Positions 1-9,493 are shown, counted from the first letter of the stretch. The stretch: 64,000 nt of DNA from Alphaproteobacteria bacterium (GCA_947481575.1 CANKGV010000014.1:2903-66902); one strand, 5' to 3'. The notes: generated by a model not told the origin, from the sequence alone. Numbers and translations are program-made.

Positions 1-228
1 CGCGAGGATCATGTGATTGCCGCGATGCTGGAAGGGCTGGGTGCCACGGTCCGCAAGGTATCGGCACCATTCGATCCCGAGGGTGGTGCCTATGGCGGTC
101 ATGGCAGCGCCCCAGCGGTATTGAAGGCAACAGTGAGTGGCCTCACGCACGCCCATACTCACGACCACGAGCACGATCATGGCCACAACCACGATCACCC
201 CCATCCCCACCGCCACGTTCATGGATAG
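1..228 (+). CDS. ureE: Urease accessory protein UreE, C-terminal part (5' end lies outside the window)
   Basis: Frame 1 reads [31 protein letters not shown], the typical UreE C-terminal motif, followed by a His-rich tail. It overlaps the ureF start. Confidence 0.9.
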   Translation, partial: REDHVIAAMLEGLGATVRKVSAPFDPEGGAYGGHGSAPAVLKATVSGLTHAHTHDHEHDHGHNHDHPHPHRHVHG

Positions 229-898
229 CGGGGCGCTGTTCCGCCTGCTGGCGTGGACGTCGCCGAATTTCCCGGTCGGTGCGTTCAGCTATAGCCACGG
301 CATTGAGTATGCCGTGGAGTGTGGTGCCGTAAGCGATGCCGCTACCCTTGGCGATTGGATCGCCACCATCGTCGAGCTGGGCTCCGGCAGAAGTGACGCG
401 ATTCTGTTCTGTGCCGCGTGGCGCGCCGCTGCCACCAACGACGGCGCCGTATTGCGGGATGTGGCCGAGCGCGCGGCCGCATTGCGCGGGTCCGCCGAAC
501 TAGGACTTGAAACCACCGCCCAGGGCCGCGCCTTCACCGAGACCCAAGCTGCGGCATGGCCTGCTCCGGGGATGCCGGTGATCAGCGGCTGGAACGGGCC
601 GGTCGCCTACCCGATTGCCGTCGCCATCGCCTGCGCTGCCCACGGGATTCCGCTCGACGTCGCTCTGCCCGCCTACCTGCACGGCTTCGCCTCCAATCTC
701 ACGTCCGCCGGTGTGCGCCTAGTACCGCTCGGCCAGATGCAGGGACAGCGCGTGCTGGCCGCGCTGGAAGGCGCTCTGGGCCGCACGGCCGCTGAGGCGA
801 TCGTCGCGCCGCTTAGCGATGCCGGCTCCGCCGCATGGATGGCCGACTGGACCTCCATGCTCCATGAAACCCAACGCACGAGGCTGTTCCGCTCATGA
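221..898 (+). CDS. ureF: Urease accessory protein UreF
   Basis: [22 protein letters not shown]-terminus, [10 protein letters not shown], and C-terminal [11 protein letters not shown]. Start placed at ATG 221 (the ORF track extends it to 137). Confidence 0.95.
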   Translation: MDSGALFRLLAWTSPNFPVGAFSYSHGIEYAVECGAVSDAATLGDWIATIVELGSGRSDAILFCAAWRAAATNDGAVLRDVAERAAALRGSAELGLETTAQGRAFTETQAAAWPAPGMPVISGWNGPVAYPIAVAIACAAHGIPLDVALPAYLHGFASNLTSAGVRLVPLGQMQGQRVLAALEGALGRTAAEAIVAPLSDAGSAAWMADWTSMLHETQRTRLFRS

Positions 899-1533
899 CC
901 GCCGCCCTCCACGGCCCACTGCGCGTCGGCATCGGCGGTCCAGTCGGCTCCGGCAAGACTGCCCTCACCGACGCGCTGTGCAAGCGCCTGCGCGACCGTT
1001 TCGAGCTAGCCGCAATCACCAACGACATCTACACACGCGAGGACGCCGAGTTCCTGACCAAATCCGGCGCTTTGCCGCCCGAACGCATCGTAGGCGTGGA
1101 AACCGGCGGGTGTCCCCACACCGCAATCCGCGAGGATGCTTCCGCCAACTTGGCCGCAGTGGCCGACATGTGTGCGAAGTTCCCCGAGTTGGAGCTGATG
1201 CTGATCGAATCCGGCGGCGATAACCTAGCCGCGACGTTCAGCCCAGAACTCGCCGACATCACGATCTATGTCATCGACGTAGCGGCGGGCGACAAGATCC
1301 CGCGCAAGGGGGGGCCTGGTATCACCCGGTCCGACCTGCTGGTGATCAACAAGATCGACCTGGCCCCTATGGTCGGCGCCGACCTCGGCGTCATGGAGCG
1401 CGATTCGCGCCGTATGCGCGGCAACCGCCCCTTCGTGTTCACCAACGTCCGCACCGGCTTTGGCGTGGACGCCGTCATCGACTTCATCATCGCCGCGGGC
1501 GGGCTTGCCCAGCCGCGCCGCGCCACCGCCTGA
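895..1533 (+). CDS. ureG: Urease accessory GTPase UreG
   Basis: P-loop GGPVGSGKT, Ni-binding CPH motif ([11 protein letters not shown]), ESGGDNL and NKID. ATGA overlap with ureF. Confidence 0.97.
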   Translation: MTAALHGPLRVGIGGPVGSGKTALTDALCKRLRDRFELAAITNDIYTREDAEFLTKSGALPPERIVGVETGGCPHTAIREDASANLAAVADMCAKFPELELMLIESGGDNLAATFSPELADITIYVIDVAAGDKIPRKGGPGITRSDLLVINKIDLAPMVGADLGVMERDSRRMRGNRPFVFTNVRTGFGVDAVIDFIIAAGGLAQPRRATA

Positions 1534-1547
1534 CCCAGGAGAGATCC

Positions 1548-2126
1548 ATGGCTCGCTTGATCGCCACTGCCGCACTAACCGCAACTGCCGTCGCTCTTGC
1601 GCATCCCGCCTTCGCCCACACGGGCGCCGGCGCAGTTCACGGCTATGGGGCGGGCTTTCTGCACCCGCTCACCGGCCTCGATCACCAACTCACGATGGTC
1701 GCCGTCGGCCTGTGGGGAGCCCAGCGCGGCGGCAAGTTCCTCTGGGCCCTACCGGCCACCTTCGTCTCAGTCATGGCGGTGGGTGCAGGGATCGGCATGG
1801 CGGGGGTTCCTTTGCCGCTGATCGAGGAGGGCATCCTCCTGTCGGTCGTGGCACTCGGCGCCGCAGTCGGCCTCAATACCAGACTGCCGATGTGGATGAG
1901 CCTCGCCGGTGTCGCCCTATTCGCGATTTGTCATGGCTATGCCCACGGCGCCGAGATGCCCGAAGGCGCGAGCGGTTTCCAATATCTGACGGGATTTGCA
2001 ACGGCCACCGCGCTGCTGCAAACCATCGGTGTCGGCGCCGGTCTCGCGCTCGCCCGCCTGAAGGCGGTGCCGTGGCTCGGCTGGGGCATCGCTTCCGCCG
2101 GGGTCGCGCTGGCGCTTGGCGGCTAG
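1548..2126 (+). CDS. ureJ: HupE/UreJ family nickel transporter
   Basis: Signal peptide then AHTG, GFLHPLTGLDH, FAICHGYAHGAE. RBS AGGAGA upstream. Confidence 0.93.
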   Translation: MARLIATAALTATAVALAHPAFAHTGAGAVHGYGAGFLHPLTGLDHQLTMVAVGLWGAQRGGKFLWALPATFVSVMAVGAGIGMAGVPLPLIEEGILLSVVALGAAVGLNTRLPMWMSLAGVALFAICHGYAHGAEMPEGASGFQYLTGFATATALLQTIGVGAGLALARLKAVPWLGWGIASAGVALALGG

Positions 2127-2233
2127 GGCTGGTCGCAGAGAGACCGATCGCCAGCACACAAACGACCCGGAGCACCCGATCGCTGGACGCGGTGCAGGGC
2201 CCAAGCGACCGATGCGAGCGGCGCACAAACGAA

Positions 2234-2261
2234 CGGGGCCGCCGATCGCTCGGCGGCCCCG
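2234..2261. terminator. GC-rich hairpin between convergent ureJ and DUF1501 genes; probable terminator
   Basis: CGGGGCCGCCGA-tcgc-TCGGCGGCCCCG forms a perfect 12-bp stem with a 4-nt loop. There is no strong U-tract. Confidence 0.6.
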
Positions 2262-2282
2262 CAAGTCGTTGAACGAGGCTAG

Positions 2283-3533
2283 TTAGGCCCGGAACATGTT
2301 GAGCATCTTGAACTCTTGGCCGAGCACCTGCTTCGCATCGGCGCCCATCCATTCCTGGATCAGGCTGGCGTAGACGCGGCGGAAGTCCGTGGTGGCTTCC
2401 AGGTTGCCGTCCAAGATCAAGTTGGTCAGCGACGGCGGTGCGCCGTACATGCCGCCCTTCACACCATTGCCGATGACGAAGTTCACCTGGGCGGTACCGT
2501 GGTCGGTGCCGAGGCTGGTGTTCTCCGGCACGCGGCGGCCGAACTCGCTGTGCACGTACATCACGACGTCGTCGGCGCGGCCGATGCGCTTCATCTCGTT
2601 GAAGAAGCCGGCGATCGCGTCCGAGCAGTACTGCAGCTGACGGTCGTGTGGGCTGGCCTGGTTGACGTGGGTGTCGAACAGGCTGTTGCGCAACGGCACG
2701 TAGTACAGCTTCGTCGGGAAGTCCGCCTCGATCAGCGCGGCGACCTTATCGAGGTCGAGCAGACGCAGATCAGGGTTGTTCTTGCCTTCGTACTTCTGCC
2801 ACGCGGTGCGAACCAATTCCGAGGCCTGGGCGGCGCTCTTGGTCACGTCCACGAGGTACTTGTGCGTGTCGCCGACCGGAGCGGTCTGGGCGCCGAGGAC
2901 CTCGGTCACCGACTTTTCCTGGGCAAACACGTCGCGCTTGAAGCGCACGGGGTCCGAGAACACCAGCGGCACGTGCTTGTCGGCCTTCACCGACAGCGTC
3001 TGCGCATCGGCGATGTTGACGATCAGGTTCTGCTTGGTGCCCGACGGATCGAGCGCGGACGCGGTGCGGCCAATCCAGCCGTACTCGTTGCCGCTGTTCG
3101 GCGCCGCCGTGTGCCAGAACGAGATCGACGAGAAGTGTGAGAACGACGGCTGGTCGTAGCCGACGCCCTGGACGATGGCGACCTTGCCCTCGTCATACAT
3201 CTTCTTCATGCCGCCGAGGGCCTTCTGCCAGCCGAACTGGGCGTCGATCTTCAGCACGTCCTTCTCTTTGATGCCGATCGTCGGACGGTGCTTGTAGTAC
3301 ATCGGGTCCGAGTACGGGACGATGGTGTTCAAACCATCGTTGCCGCCGAACCACTCGAATACGACGAGGATCTTGCCCGAGTTGCTCGCGGCGACGGCCT
3401 CATGTGCCTTGCCGAAGATGTAGGGCACGGGACCGACGCCGCCGAACAGGCCGAGGCCCAAGCCGCCGGCACCGATCTTCATCATGTCGCGGCGCGAGAC
3501 GCCGCAATCGCAAAGTTCCTTATGGGTAGTCAT
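2283..3533 (-). CDS. DUF1501 family protein with Tat signal
   Basis: Twin-arginine SRRDMMK; family motifs GGNDGLN, QGVGY..PSFSHF, FDTH, SEFGRR, GTDHG. Lies next to DUF1800. Confidence 0.88.
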   Translation of the reverse strand: MTTHKELCDCGVSRRDMMKIGAGGLGLGLFGGVGPVPYIFGKAHEAVAASNSGKILVVFEWFGGNDGLNTIVPYSDPMYYKHRPTIGIKEKDVLKIDAQFGWQKALGGMKKMYDEGKVAIVQGVGYDQPSFSHFSSISFWHTAAPNSGNEYGWIGRTASALDPSGTKQNLIVNIADAQTLSVKADKHVPLVFSDPVRFKRDVFAQEKSVTEVLGAQTAPVGDTHKYLVDVTKSAAQASELVRTAWQKYEGKNNPDLRLLDLDKVAALIEADFPTKLYYVPLRNSLFDTHVNQASPHDRQLQYCSDAIAGFFNEMKRIGRADDVVMYVHSEFGRRVPENTSLGTDHGTAQVNFVIGNGVKGGMYGAPPSLTNLILDGNLEATTDFRRVYASLIQEWMGADAKQVLGQEFKMLNMFRA

Positions 3534-3548
3534 GGTTCCTGGCCTCCC

Positions 3549-5312
3549 CTAGACGATCTGGTATTCCGGCGTGCTCATGATCAAGTGCATGACCATGCGC
3601 AGCGGATCTTCCATGTAAGTCTTGGCGCGATCGACGTTGTCGGTGCCGAGTTCCTTGGTGAGGAACGACACGAACGTGTCGCGCGTCACCTTCGCAACCG
3701 GCACGCGCACCGTGCGCCACAACAAGTAATCGACCGCCTCACCGGTGGTCTTGGCGCCGCTGTTCAACACCATCCGGCCGAGATCGAAGTTGGCCGCATT
3801 GCGCGGGGTCGGAATGAGTTTCCGCGCAGCCTGCGTCCAGCCGATGTACCCGGAGATGCGCGTATTGAACTGCTCGTCACGCTCCAGAGCGACCATGTCG
3901 AACACGGTCATGTACTGCGGATCGTTGACGGCGGTCGCCGCGCCGACGTCGAAGCCATCCCGCAGCCGGACGCCGAGGACGTCGTCGCCGCCAGAGGTGA
4001 AGTTCCAGTCCTTGAAGCCGGTCATGTCGGGGATCAGCACGTCGCGGGCGATGTTGCCGCGAGCGATGATCAGGCCCGGCGTGACCCACGCCTTGCCACC
4101 GGCCCAACCGGCGACCGACGGCGGGTTCAGCAGGTGCTGGCCCATCGCAATGGTCGACTGGTTGAAGTCCGGCACGCCCGGAATGTTGTCGACTTCCAGG
4201 TGCTTCATCATCGCGACCATCTGCTCGACCGGGCCCTTAATGTGAGAGCCGTAGGTGGCCGCGCTGTAGAAGTCTTTCGATTGGAAGATCGCCGCGAGCA
4301 GCGGACGCAGTTCGTACTTGTTGTCGCGCAGAACGGCGCCCAACTTTGCTTGCAGATCGGCCGACAGGTCATCGCGCACGAGGTGACGGTAGACCTTCCC
4401 GGCGATGTAGTTCGCCGTGGCGGGCTGCTCGAGAATGATCTTGAGCACGTCCACACCGTCGAAGTTACCGGTCTTGCCGAGGAACGTCTTCGGACCATCG
4501 TCATGCTTCGCCGGATCGACGACGAAGTTCAGATTGTCGAAGCCCCAGCCGGTAAACGCGCGGGCAGCTTCACGGACGTCCTTCTCGGTGTAGTTGCCTA
4601 CACCCATGGTGAACAGTTCCATGACTTCGCGGCCGAAGTTCTCGTTGGCCGCGCCCTTCACGTTGAACTGGGCATCCAAGAAGTACAGCATGCCCGGAGC
4701 CTGCGCGGCGCCGATCAGCAGGTTGCCGAAATTCCCGGTGGCGTTCTTCTCGAACAAGTCGATTTCCTGCAACATCTTGCGATAGTCGCGGATCTTGTTC
4801 TCGTGGTTGGCAAAGTGACCGTGCCACAGCAGAGCCATCTTCTCTTCGACCGGGTGCGTCGTGGTGAGCATCCGGTTTGCCCACCAGTAACCAACACGGC
4901 GGGTTTCCAGGACGGTCGCGCGCAACCAGTAGAAGAAGCGATCGGAGGTCGGCTGGATCGGGCGATTGCCGCCCGGCTTGTTTTCCATGCCGATGGAGTT
5001 GCCGTCCTTGATCGCCTTATCGGTGGCGGCGGGGCGGCTGTCCGGGAAGTAGGTCAGCGTGGGATCCCACAGACCCGACTCCACGAACGGCTTCATGTTC
5101 GGGTTGGGAATGTTATCGTAATAGACCAGCGACCGGACGGCGCGCTCGAAGCCCGCGTCGGTCAGCTTTTGAATCTCGTCCGGCGTGCCGCCGAAACCTG
5201 CGTGCGCCAGCAAGTGCGCTGCGCGGTCGTAGTTCCAATCTGCGGCGGTAATCGGCGACAGGTCGCCCTTCCACGCCGACGGTCCCGGGGACCAACCTAC
5301 GCGATCAACCAT
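3549..5312 (-). CDS. DUF1800 family protein
   Basis: AAHLLAHAGFG, EKMALLWHGHFA, NENFGREVMELFTMG, YTEKDVREAARAFTGW, PPSVAGW, C-terminal STPEYQ. RBS GGAGGGAG precedes ATG 5312. Confidence 0.9.
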   Translation of the reverse strand: MVDRVGWSPGPSAWKGDLSPITAADWNYDRAAHLLAHAGFGGTPDEIQKLTDAGFERAVRSLVYYDNIPNPNMKPFVESGLWDPTLTYFPDSRPAATDKAIKDGNSIGMENKPGGNRPIQPTSDRFFYWLRATVLETRRVGYWWANRMLTTTHPVEEKMALLWHGHFANHENKIRDYRKMLQEIDLFEKNATGNFGNLLIGAAQAPGMLYFLDAQFNVKGAANENFGREVMELFTMGVGNYTEKDVREAARAFTGWGFDNLNFVVDPAKHDDGPKTFLGKTGNFDGVDVLKIILEQPATANYIAGKVYRHLVRDDLSADLQAKLGAVLRDNKYELRPLLAAIFQSKDFYSAATYGSHIKGPVEQMVAMMKHLEVDNIPGVPDFNQSTIAMGQHLLNPPSVAGWAGGKAWVTPGLIIARGNIARDVLIPDMTGFKDWNFTSGGDDVLGVRLRDGFDVGAATAVNDPQYMTVFDMVALERDEQFNTRISGYIGWTQAARKLIPTPRNAANFDLGRMVLNSGAKTTGEAVDYLLWRTVRVPVAKVTRDTFVSFLTKELGTDNVDRAKTYMEDPLRMVMHLIMSTPEYQIV

Positions 5313-5485
5313 CGTTCTCCCTCCACACCATCACGCGAGGCAGTGCCCCGCTGTTTCTCGCATCGGAATAGGCCACACGGTTGCAACCATCGGAACCTAT
5401 GGGTGCCATAGGGCGGCAGGCCTAAGGAATCCGCGGCCGGCAGGCCCGATCACGGGCTCGCGAGGAGGGCTCCGGCTAGGCCGCT

Positions 5486-6301
5486 TCAGCCCTGCGGCCT
5501 AGTCATCGGCGGGACCACCAGTTCGGGGTCGAGCCGGACATCGAACCAATTGATCTGCCAATGCAAATTGGCCCCGGTAGCGCGCCCGGTAGCGCCGACC
5601 TTGCCGATCACCTCGCCCTGGGCCACGCGCTGACCGACCTTGACGGTGCTGGACGACAGGTGGGCGTACGTGGTGGTGACGCCCTGGCCGTGGTCGAGGA
5701 TCACGGTGCCGCCCGTGTAGTAGAGATTGGGCTCGTTCAGTGCGACGACGCCGGCGGCGGCGGCCAGGATCGGCGTGCCGCCGGGGGCGGCAATGTCGAC
5801 GCCAGTGTGGGGCGACATGGGCTGGCCGTTCAGCACTCGGCGGCTACCGAACACGCCACTCAGACGGCCGGTGACCGGCCAAATGAATCCCGATGCGAAG
5901 CTGGTACCCACGGTGGTGCGGGCGAAGGCCTTGCCGATCAGCGCGTTCTCCTTGGCGATGCGGTCCAAGACTGCCTTCGGCGGGTTGACGGTTTCGGGGG
6001 CAAGGCCATCGACGCGTTCCTCCTGCCACGTGCGCTTGGTGACGGTGAGATCGCGCGCGTCTTCGGTGCCGTCGGCAAACTTCACAGTGAGGTGCGCCGT
6101 GGGTGCGGCATCGACGCCGAGGCCGAACGCGAACACGCCTTCGGGCGATACGGGCACCGTGCGCTTGTCGAGTGTGATTGCGACGGCGCCGGGGGCGGTC
6201 CCGACCAGCAACGCGCCCTGGGTGGGAGTACCGGTCAGCGTGACTTCGCCCGCCATCGCGGGGGTGGCGAGGACGAGCAGCGCGAGCGTGAGCGCGCGCA
6301 C
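5486..6301 (-). CDS. M23 family metallopeptidase
   Basis: Signal peptide from GTG 6301. Motifs HTGVDIA (HxxxD), YAHL, and GATGRATGANLHW. The ORF-track extension to 6784 overlaps other genes. Confidence 0.88.
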   Translation of the reverse strand: MRALTLALLVLATPAMAGEVTLTGTPTQGALLVGTAPGAVAITLDKRTVPVSPEGVFAFGLGVDAAPTAHLTVKFADGTEDARDLTVTKRTWQEERVDGLAPETVNPPKAVLDRIAKENALIGKAFARTTVGTSFASGFIWPVTGRLSGVFGSRRVLNGQPMSPHTGVDIAAPGGTPILAAAAGVVALNEPNLYYTGGTVILDHGQGVTTTYAHLSSSTVKVGQRVAQGEVIGKVGATGRATGANLHWQINWFDVRLDPELVVPPMTRPQG

Positions 6302-6309
6302 GGCCGGGC

Positions 6310-6537
6310 CTACTTCTTCAGCGGATGAACTTCGAGGTGGCGGCGCGTCGCGACCACCGCGTCGGCGTACGGCTCCTGCAACTCGACGCTCCAGTAGCGG
6401 AGGTCTTCGAGCGGGATCGGCACGCCGGTGACGGCGCAGCGCACGAAGGTGCCGGGCTTCACGATGTCGAATTCGGAATGGCCGTAGCGCAGTCCGGCTT
6501 CCGGCCCCTGGGGCAAAATGCGTTTGTCCATCGCCAA
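6310..6537 (-). CDS. DUF2093 family small protein
   Basis: PGTFVRCAVTGVPIPLEDLRYWSVELQEPYA matches this alphaproteobacterial family; typical position between xseA and an M23 gene. Confidence 0.85.
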   Translation of the reverse strand: MAMDKRILPQGPEAGLRYGHSEFDIVKPGTFVRCAVTGVPIPLEDLRYWSVELQEPYADAVVATRRHLEVHPLKK

Positions 6538-6566
6538 CTCTTACACCGTTGCGCGCACAGGCGCCG

Positions 6567-8075
6567 CTACCACAACGAGCCCTGGCGCCGCAGACGTTCC
6601 TGCTCGGCCTCTGACAATGTGCGCGGCTTCGGGCGGGCCGGACCGGCCGGCACGCCCGCCCCGGCCACGGCCGGGATATGGCCGTCCTTGAGTTCGATGT
6701 CCAGAACCGTACCCGGCGTGATGCCGGTGGCGGACGTGAGGGGCTGGCCATCGGCACCCGTGACCAGCGCATAACCACGCGCAAGCACGTTGTGATGGCT
6801 TAGCGCTTCGAGCCGGTTGGCGAGTGCTTCCAGGCGCTGACCTCGGGCATCGAGGCCGCGGGCGACTTCGCGGCGCAGGCGGGCACCGAGGTCGATGGCA
6901 ACGCGGTTGCCATCGCGTACGGCGCGCCCGAGCAAAGTGGGGCGCAACCGTGCCGCCGCTGCGACCAGTTGTTGGCCGCGCAGGCCGAGCAACCGGGTGT
7001 GGGCGCGCGACAGACGCGGTAACGCTTGATCGAGGCGCTGGCGGGCGCGCTGCACCATGCCGCTGCGGGCTTGTTCAAGGCGGTGGGCGGCGTGGTCGAG
7101 ACGCTGTTCGGCGCGGCCGAGCAGGTCGCGCGGACCGCGCAGGCCGCGGCCCAACGCCGATAGGGTCAGGCGGCGGCGTTCCAGCACGCGGGATTGGGCA
7201 GTGGCGAGCCGGGAACCAACCGCGGCGATCTTCGCGACGAGATCGGCGCGCATCGGCACCGCCATTTCGGCGGCGGCGGTGGGCGTGGGAGCGCGCAGGT
7301 CAGCGGCGAAATCGATCAACGTGGTGTCGGTTTCGTGGCCGACGGCGGAGATCACCGGAATCGTGCTGGCGGCGACGGCGCGCACCACGATCTCTTCGTT
7401 GAACGCCCACAAGTCTTCGATGCTGCCACCGCCGCGGGCGACGATCAGCACATCGGGACGCGGCAGCATGGCGGTATCGAACGTGTTGAAGCCGGCGATG
7501 GCGGCGGCGATTTCGGCGGCTGCGGTTTCGCCCTGCACGGAGACCGGCCACAGCAGCACGCGGCGCGGAAAGCGTTCGCGCAGGCGGTGCAGGATGTCGC
7601 GGATCACCGCGCCGGTAGGCGAGGTGATGACGCCGATCACCTCCGGCAGATACGGGATCGGGCGCTTGCGGGAGGGATCAAACAGTCCCTCGGCGGCGAG
7701 TTTCTTCTTGCGGTCTTCGAGCAGCTTGAGCAGCGCGCCGACACCGGCGAGGGCGATCGAATCGACCACCACCTGGTAGCGCGAACTGCCGGGGTAGGTG
7801 GTGAGCTTGCCGGAGACCACCACCTCCATGCCGTTTTCCGGCTGGACCTTGATCCGCGCTGCCGTGGTGCGCCAGCACACGGCGTTGAGCAGTGCGTCGG
7901 CGTCCTTCAGGTCGAAATACACGTGGCCGCTGGGGGCGCGCTTCAGGTTGGTGACTTCGCCGCGCACGCGAACCCGGCCGAACGCGCCTTCCACCATCGA
8001 GCGGATGGCGTTGGCCAGTTCGGAGACGCTGAATTCGTGCGCGCCGGGGGCGGCTTCGGTTTCGGGTACGGTCAC
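6567..8075 (-). CDS. xseA: Exodeoxyribonuclease VII large subunit
   Basis: FSVSEL, SGHVYFDLKD, GVITSPTGAVIRDI, VARGGGSIEDLWAFNEE, SAVGHETD, APTPTAAAE. Start GTG 8075 is approximate. Confidence 0.95.
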   Translation of the reverse strand: MTVPETEAAPGAHEFSVSELANAIRSMVEGAFGRVRVRGEVTNLKRAPSGHVYFDLKDADALLNAVCWRTTAARIKVQPENGMEVVVSGKLTTYPGSSRYQVVVDSIALAGVGALLKLLEDRKKKLAAEGLFDPSRKRPIPYLPEVIGVITSPTGAVIRDILHRLRERFPRRVLLWPVSVQGETAAAEIAAAIAGFNTFDTAMLPRPDVLIVARGGGSIEDLWAFNEEIVVRAVAASTIPVISAVGHETDTTLIDFAADLRAPTPTAAAEMAVPMRADLVAKIAAVGSRLATAQSRVLERRRLTLSALGRGLRGPRDLLGRAEQRLDHAAHRLEQARSGMVQRARQRLDQALPRLSRAHTRLLGLRGQQLVAAAARLRPTLLGRAVRDGNRVAIDLGARLRREVARGLDARGQRLEALANRLEALSHHNVLARGYALVTGADGQPLTSATGITPGTVLDIELKDGHIPAVAGAGVPAGPARPKPRTLSEAEQERLRRQGSLW

Positions 8076-8119
8076 GGCGCTCTCATGGTACAAGACCCGC
8101 CTTCGGTTCGGGAAATCGC

Positions 8120-9388
8120 ATGAACGTTCTGGTGGTCGGATCCGGTGGCCGCGAGCACGCCCTGTGCTGGGGCATTGCCGCGTCGCCGCTGTTGGAAAAG
8201 CTGTACTGCGCGCCGGGCAATGGCGGCATCGCCGCCGACGCGGAATGCGTGAGCCTGGATACCGCCAACAACGATGCCGTGGTGCGGTGGTGCCGTACCA
8301 ACAAGATCGAACTGGTGGTGGTGGGCCCGGAAGTGCCGTTGGTGGCGGGGCTGGTAGACGCCCTGCGCGATGCCGGGATTCCGGCGTTCGGCCCAACCGC
8401 GAAGGCGGCGATCCTGGAAGGCTCCAAGGCCTTCATGAAGGACCTGTGCGCCAAGTATGACATCCCGACGGCCGCCTATGGCCGGTTCCGCGATGCGTCG
8501 GCCGCCAAGGACTATGTGCGCAAAGCCGGGACCCGCGTGGTGGTGAAGGCCGACGGCCTGGCCGCGGGCAAGGGCGTGCGGATGTGCGAGACGGCGGCCG
8601 AGGCGGAAGCCGCGATCGACGCGATGCTGGCGGGCGAGTTCGGCGCGGCCGGGACCGAGATTGTGGTGGAGGAGTATCTGACCGGGGAAGAGGTCAGCTA
8701 CTTCGCGCTGGTGCACGGCGAGCAGGTGCTGCCCTTTGGTTCGGCCCAGGACCACAAGCGCGTGGGCGACGGCGATACGGGACCCAACACCGGCGGCATG
8801 GGCGCGTACTCCCCTGCCCCAGCGCTGACGCCCGCGCTGGAGGCCCAGGTGCTGGAGACCATCATCCGGCCCACGGCCAAAGCCATGGTGCGCGAAGGCC
8901 GGCCGTTCACCGGCGTGTTGTTCGCCGGGCTGATGCTGACGGCAACCGGCCCCAAGCTGCTGGAATACAACGTGCGGTTCGGCGACCCGGAGTGTCAGGT
9001 GCTGGTGCCGCGGCTGAAATCGGACCTGCTGACGGTGCTGATGGCGGCGCAGCAGGGCATCCTGAATAAGGTCGATATGCGCTGGTACACGGACACCGCC
9101 CTGTGCATCGTGATGGCAGCCAAGGGGTACCCCGGCGCCTACGCCAAGAGTTCGCCGATCGGTGGACTGGAGGCGGCGGCCAAACTGCCGGGCGTGACGG
9201 TGTTCCATGCCGGTACCACCAAAGACGGCGCGACGATCCGCGCCAACGGAGGTCGTGTGCTCGGCGTAACCGCCCTGGGCAAAGATGCACGCGAGGCCCA
9301 GGCACGGGCGTACGCTGCGGTCGATGCGATCCAGTGGCCGGAAGGATTTTGCCGCCGTGACATCGGCTGGCGCGCCGTTCTCGCGTAA
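8120..9388 (+). CDS. purD: Phosphoribosylamine-glycine ligase
   Basis: GSGGREHAL, APGNGG, VVGPEVPL, KADGLAAGKGV, QDHKRVGDGDTGPNTGGMGAY, EYNVRFGDPECQ, FCRRDIG. Confidence 0.98.
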   Translation: MNVLVVGSGGREHALCWGIAASPLLEKLYCAPGNGGIAADAECVSLDTANNDAVVRWCRTNKIELVVVGPEVPLVAGLVDALRDAGIPAFGPTAKAAILEGSKAFMKDLCAKYDIPTAAYGRFRDASAAKDYVRKAGTRVVVKADGLAAGKGVRMCETAAEAEAAIDAMLAGEFGAAGTEIVVEEYLTGEEVSYFALVHGEQVLPFGSAQDHKRVGDGDTGPNTGGMGAYSPAPALTPALEAQVLETIIRPTAKAMVREGRPFTGVLFAGLMLTATGPKLLEYNVRFGDPECQVLVPRLKSDLLTVLMAAQQGILNKVDMRWYTDTALCIVMAAKGYPGAYAKSSPIGGLEAAAKLPGVTVFHAGTTKDGATIRANGGRVLGVTALGKDAREAQARAYAAVDAIQWPEGFCRRDIGWRAVLA

Positions 9389-9493
9389 ATACGCGGGATT
9401 TACGCAGATCACGACTCCGTGAACTCCTCCGCCACGCCTAATCGCCCAAAGCACAATACGATACGTATCGACGATTTGTCAACACGTATCGTG

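Noticed and set aside
3288-5411. 707-aa ORF on the + strand
   Set aside because: Antisense shadow of DUF1800 with no recognisable motifs. Long shadow ORFs are expected in high-GC DNA.
5476-5502. 9-bp stem CTAGGCCGC/GCGGCCTAG enclosing the M23 stop codon
   Set aside because: No U-tract, and such stems are common at this GC content; insufficient support as a terminator.
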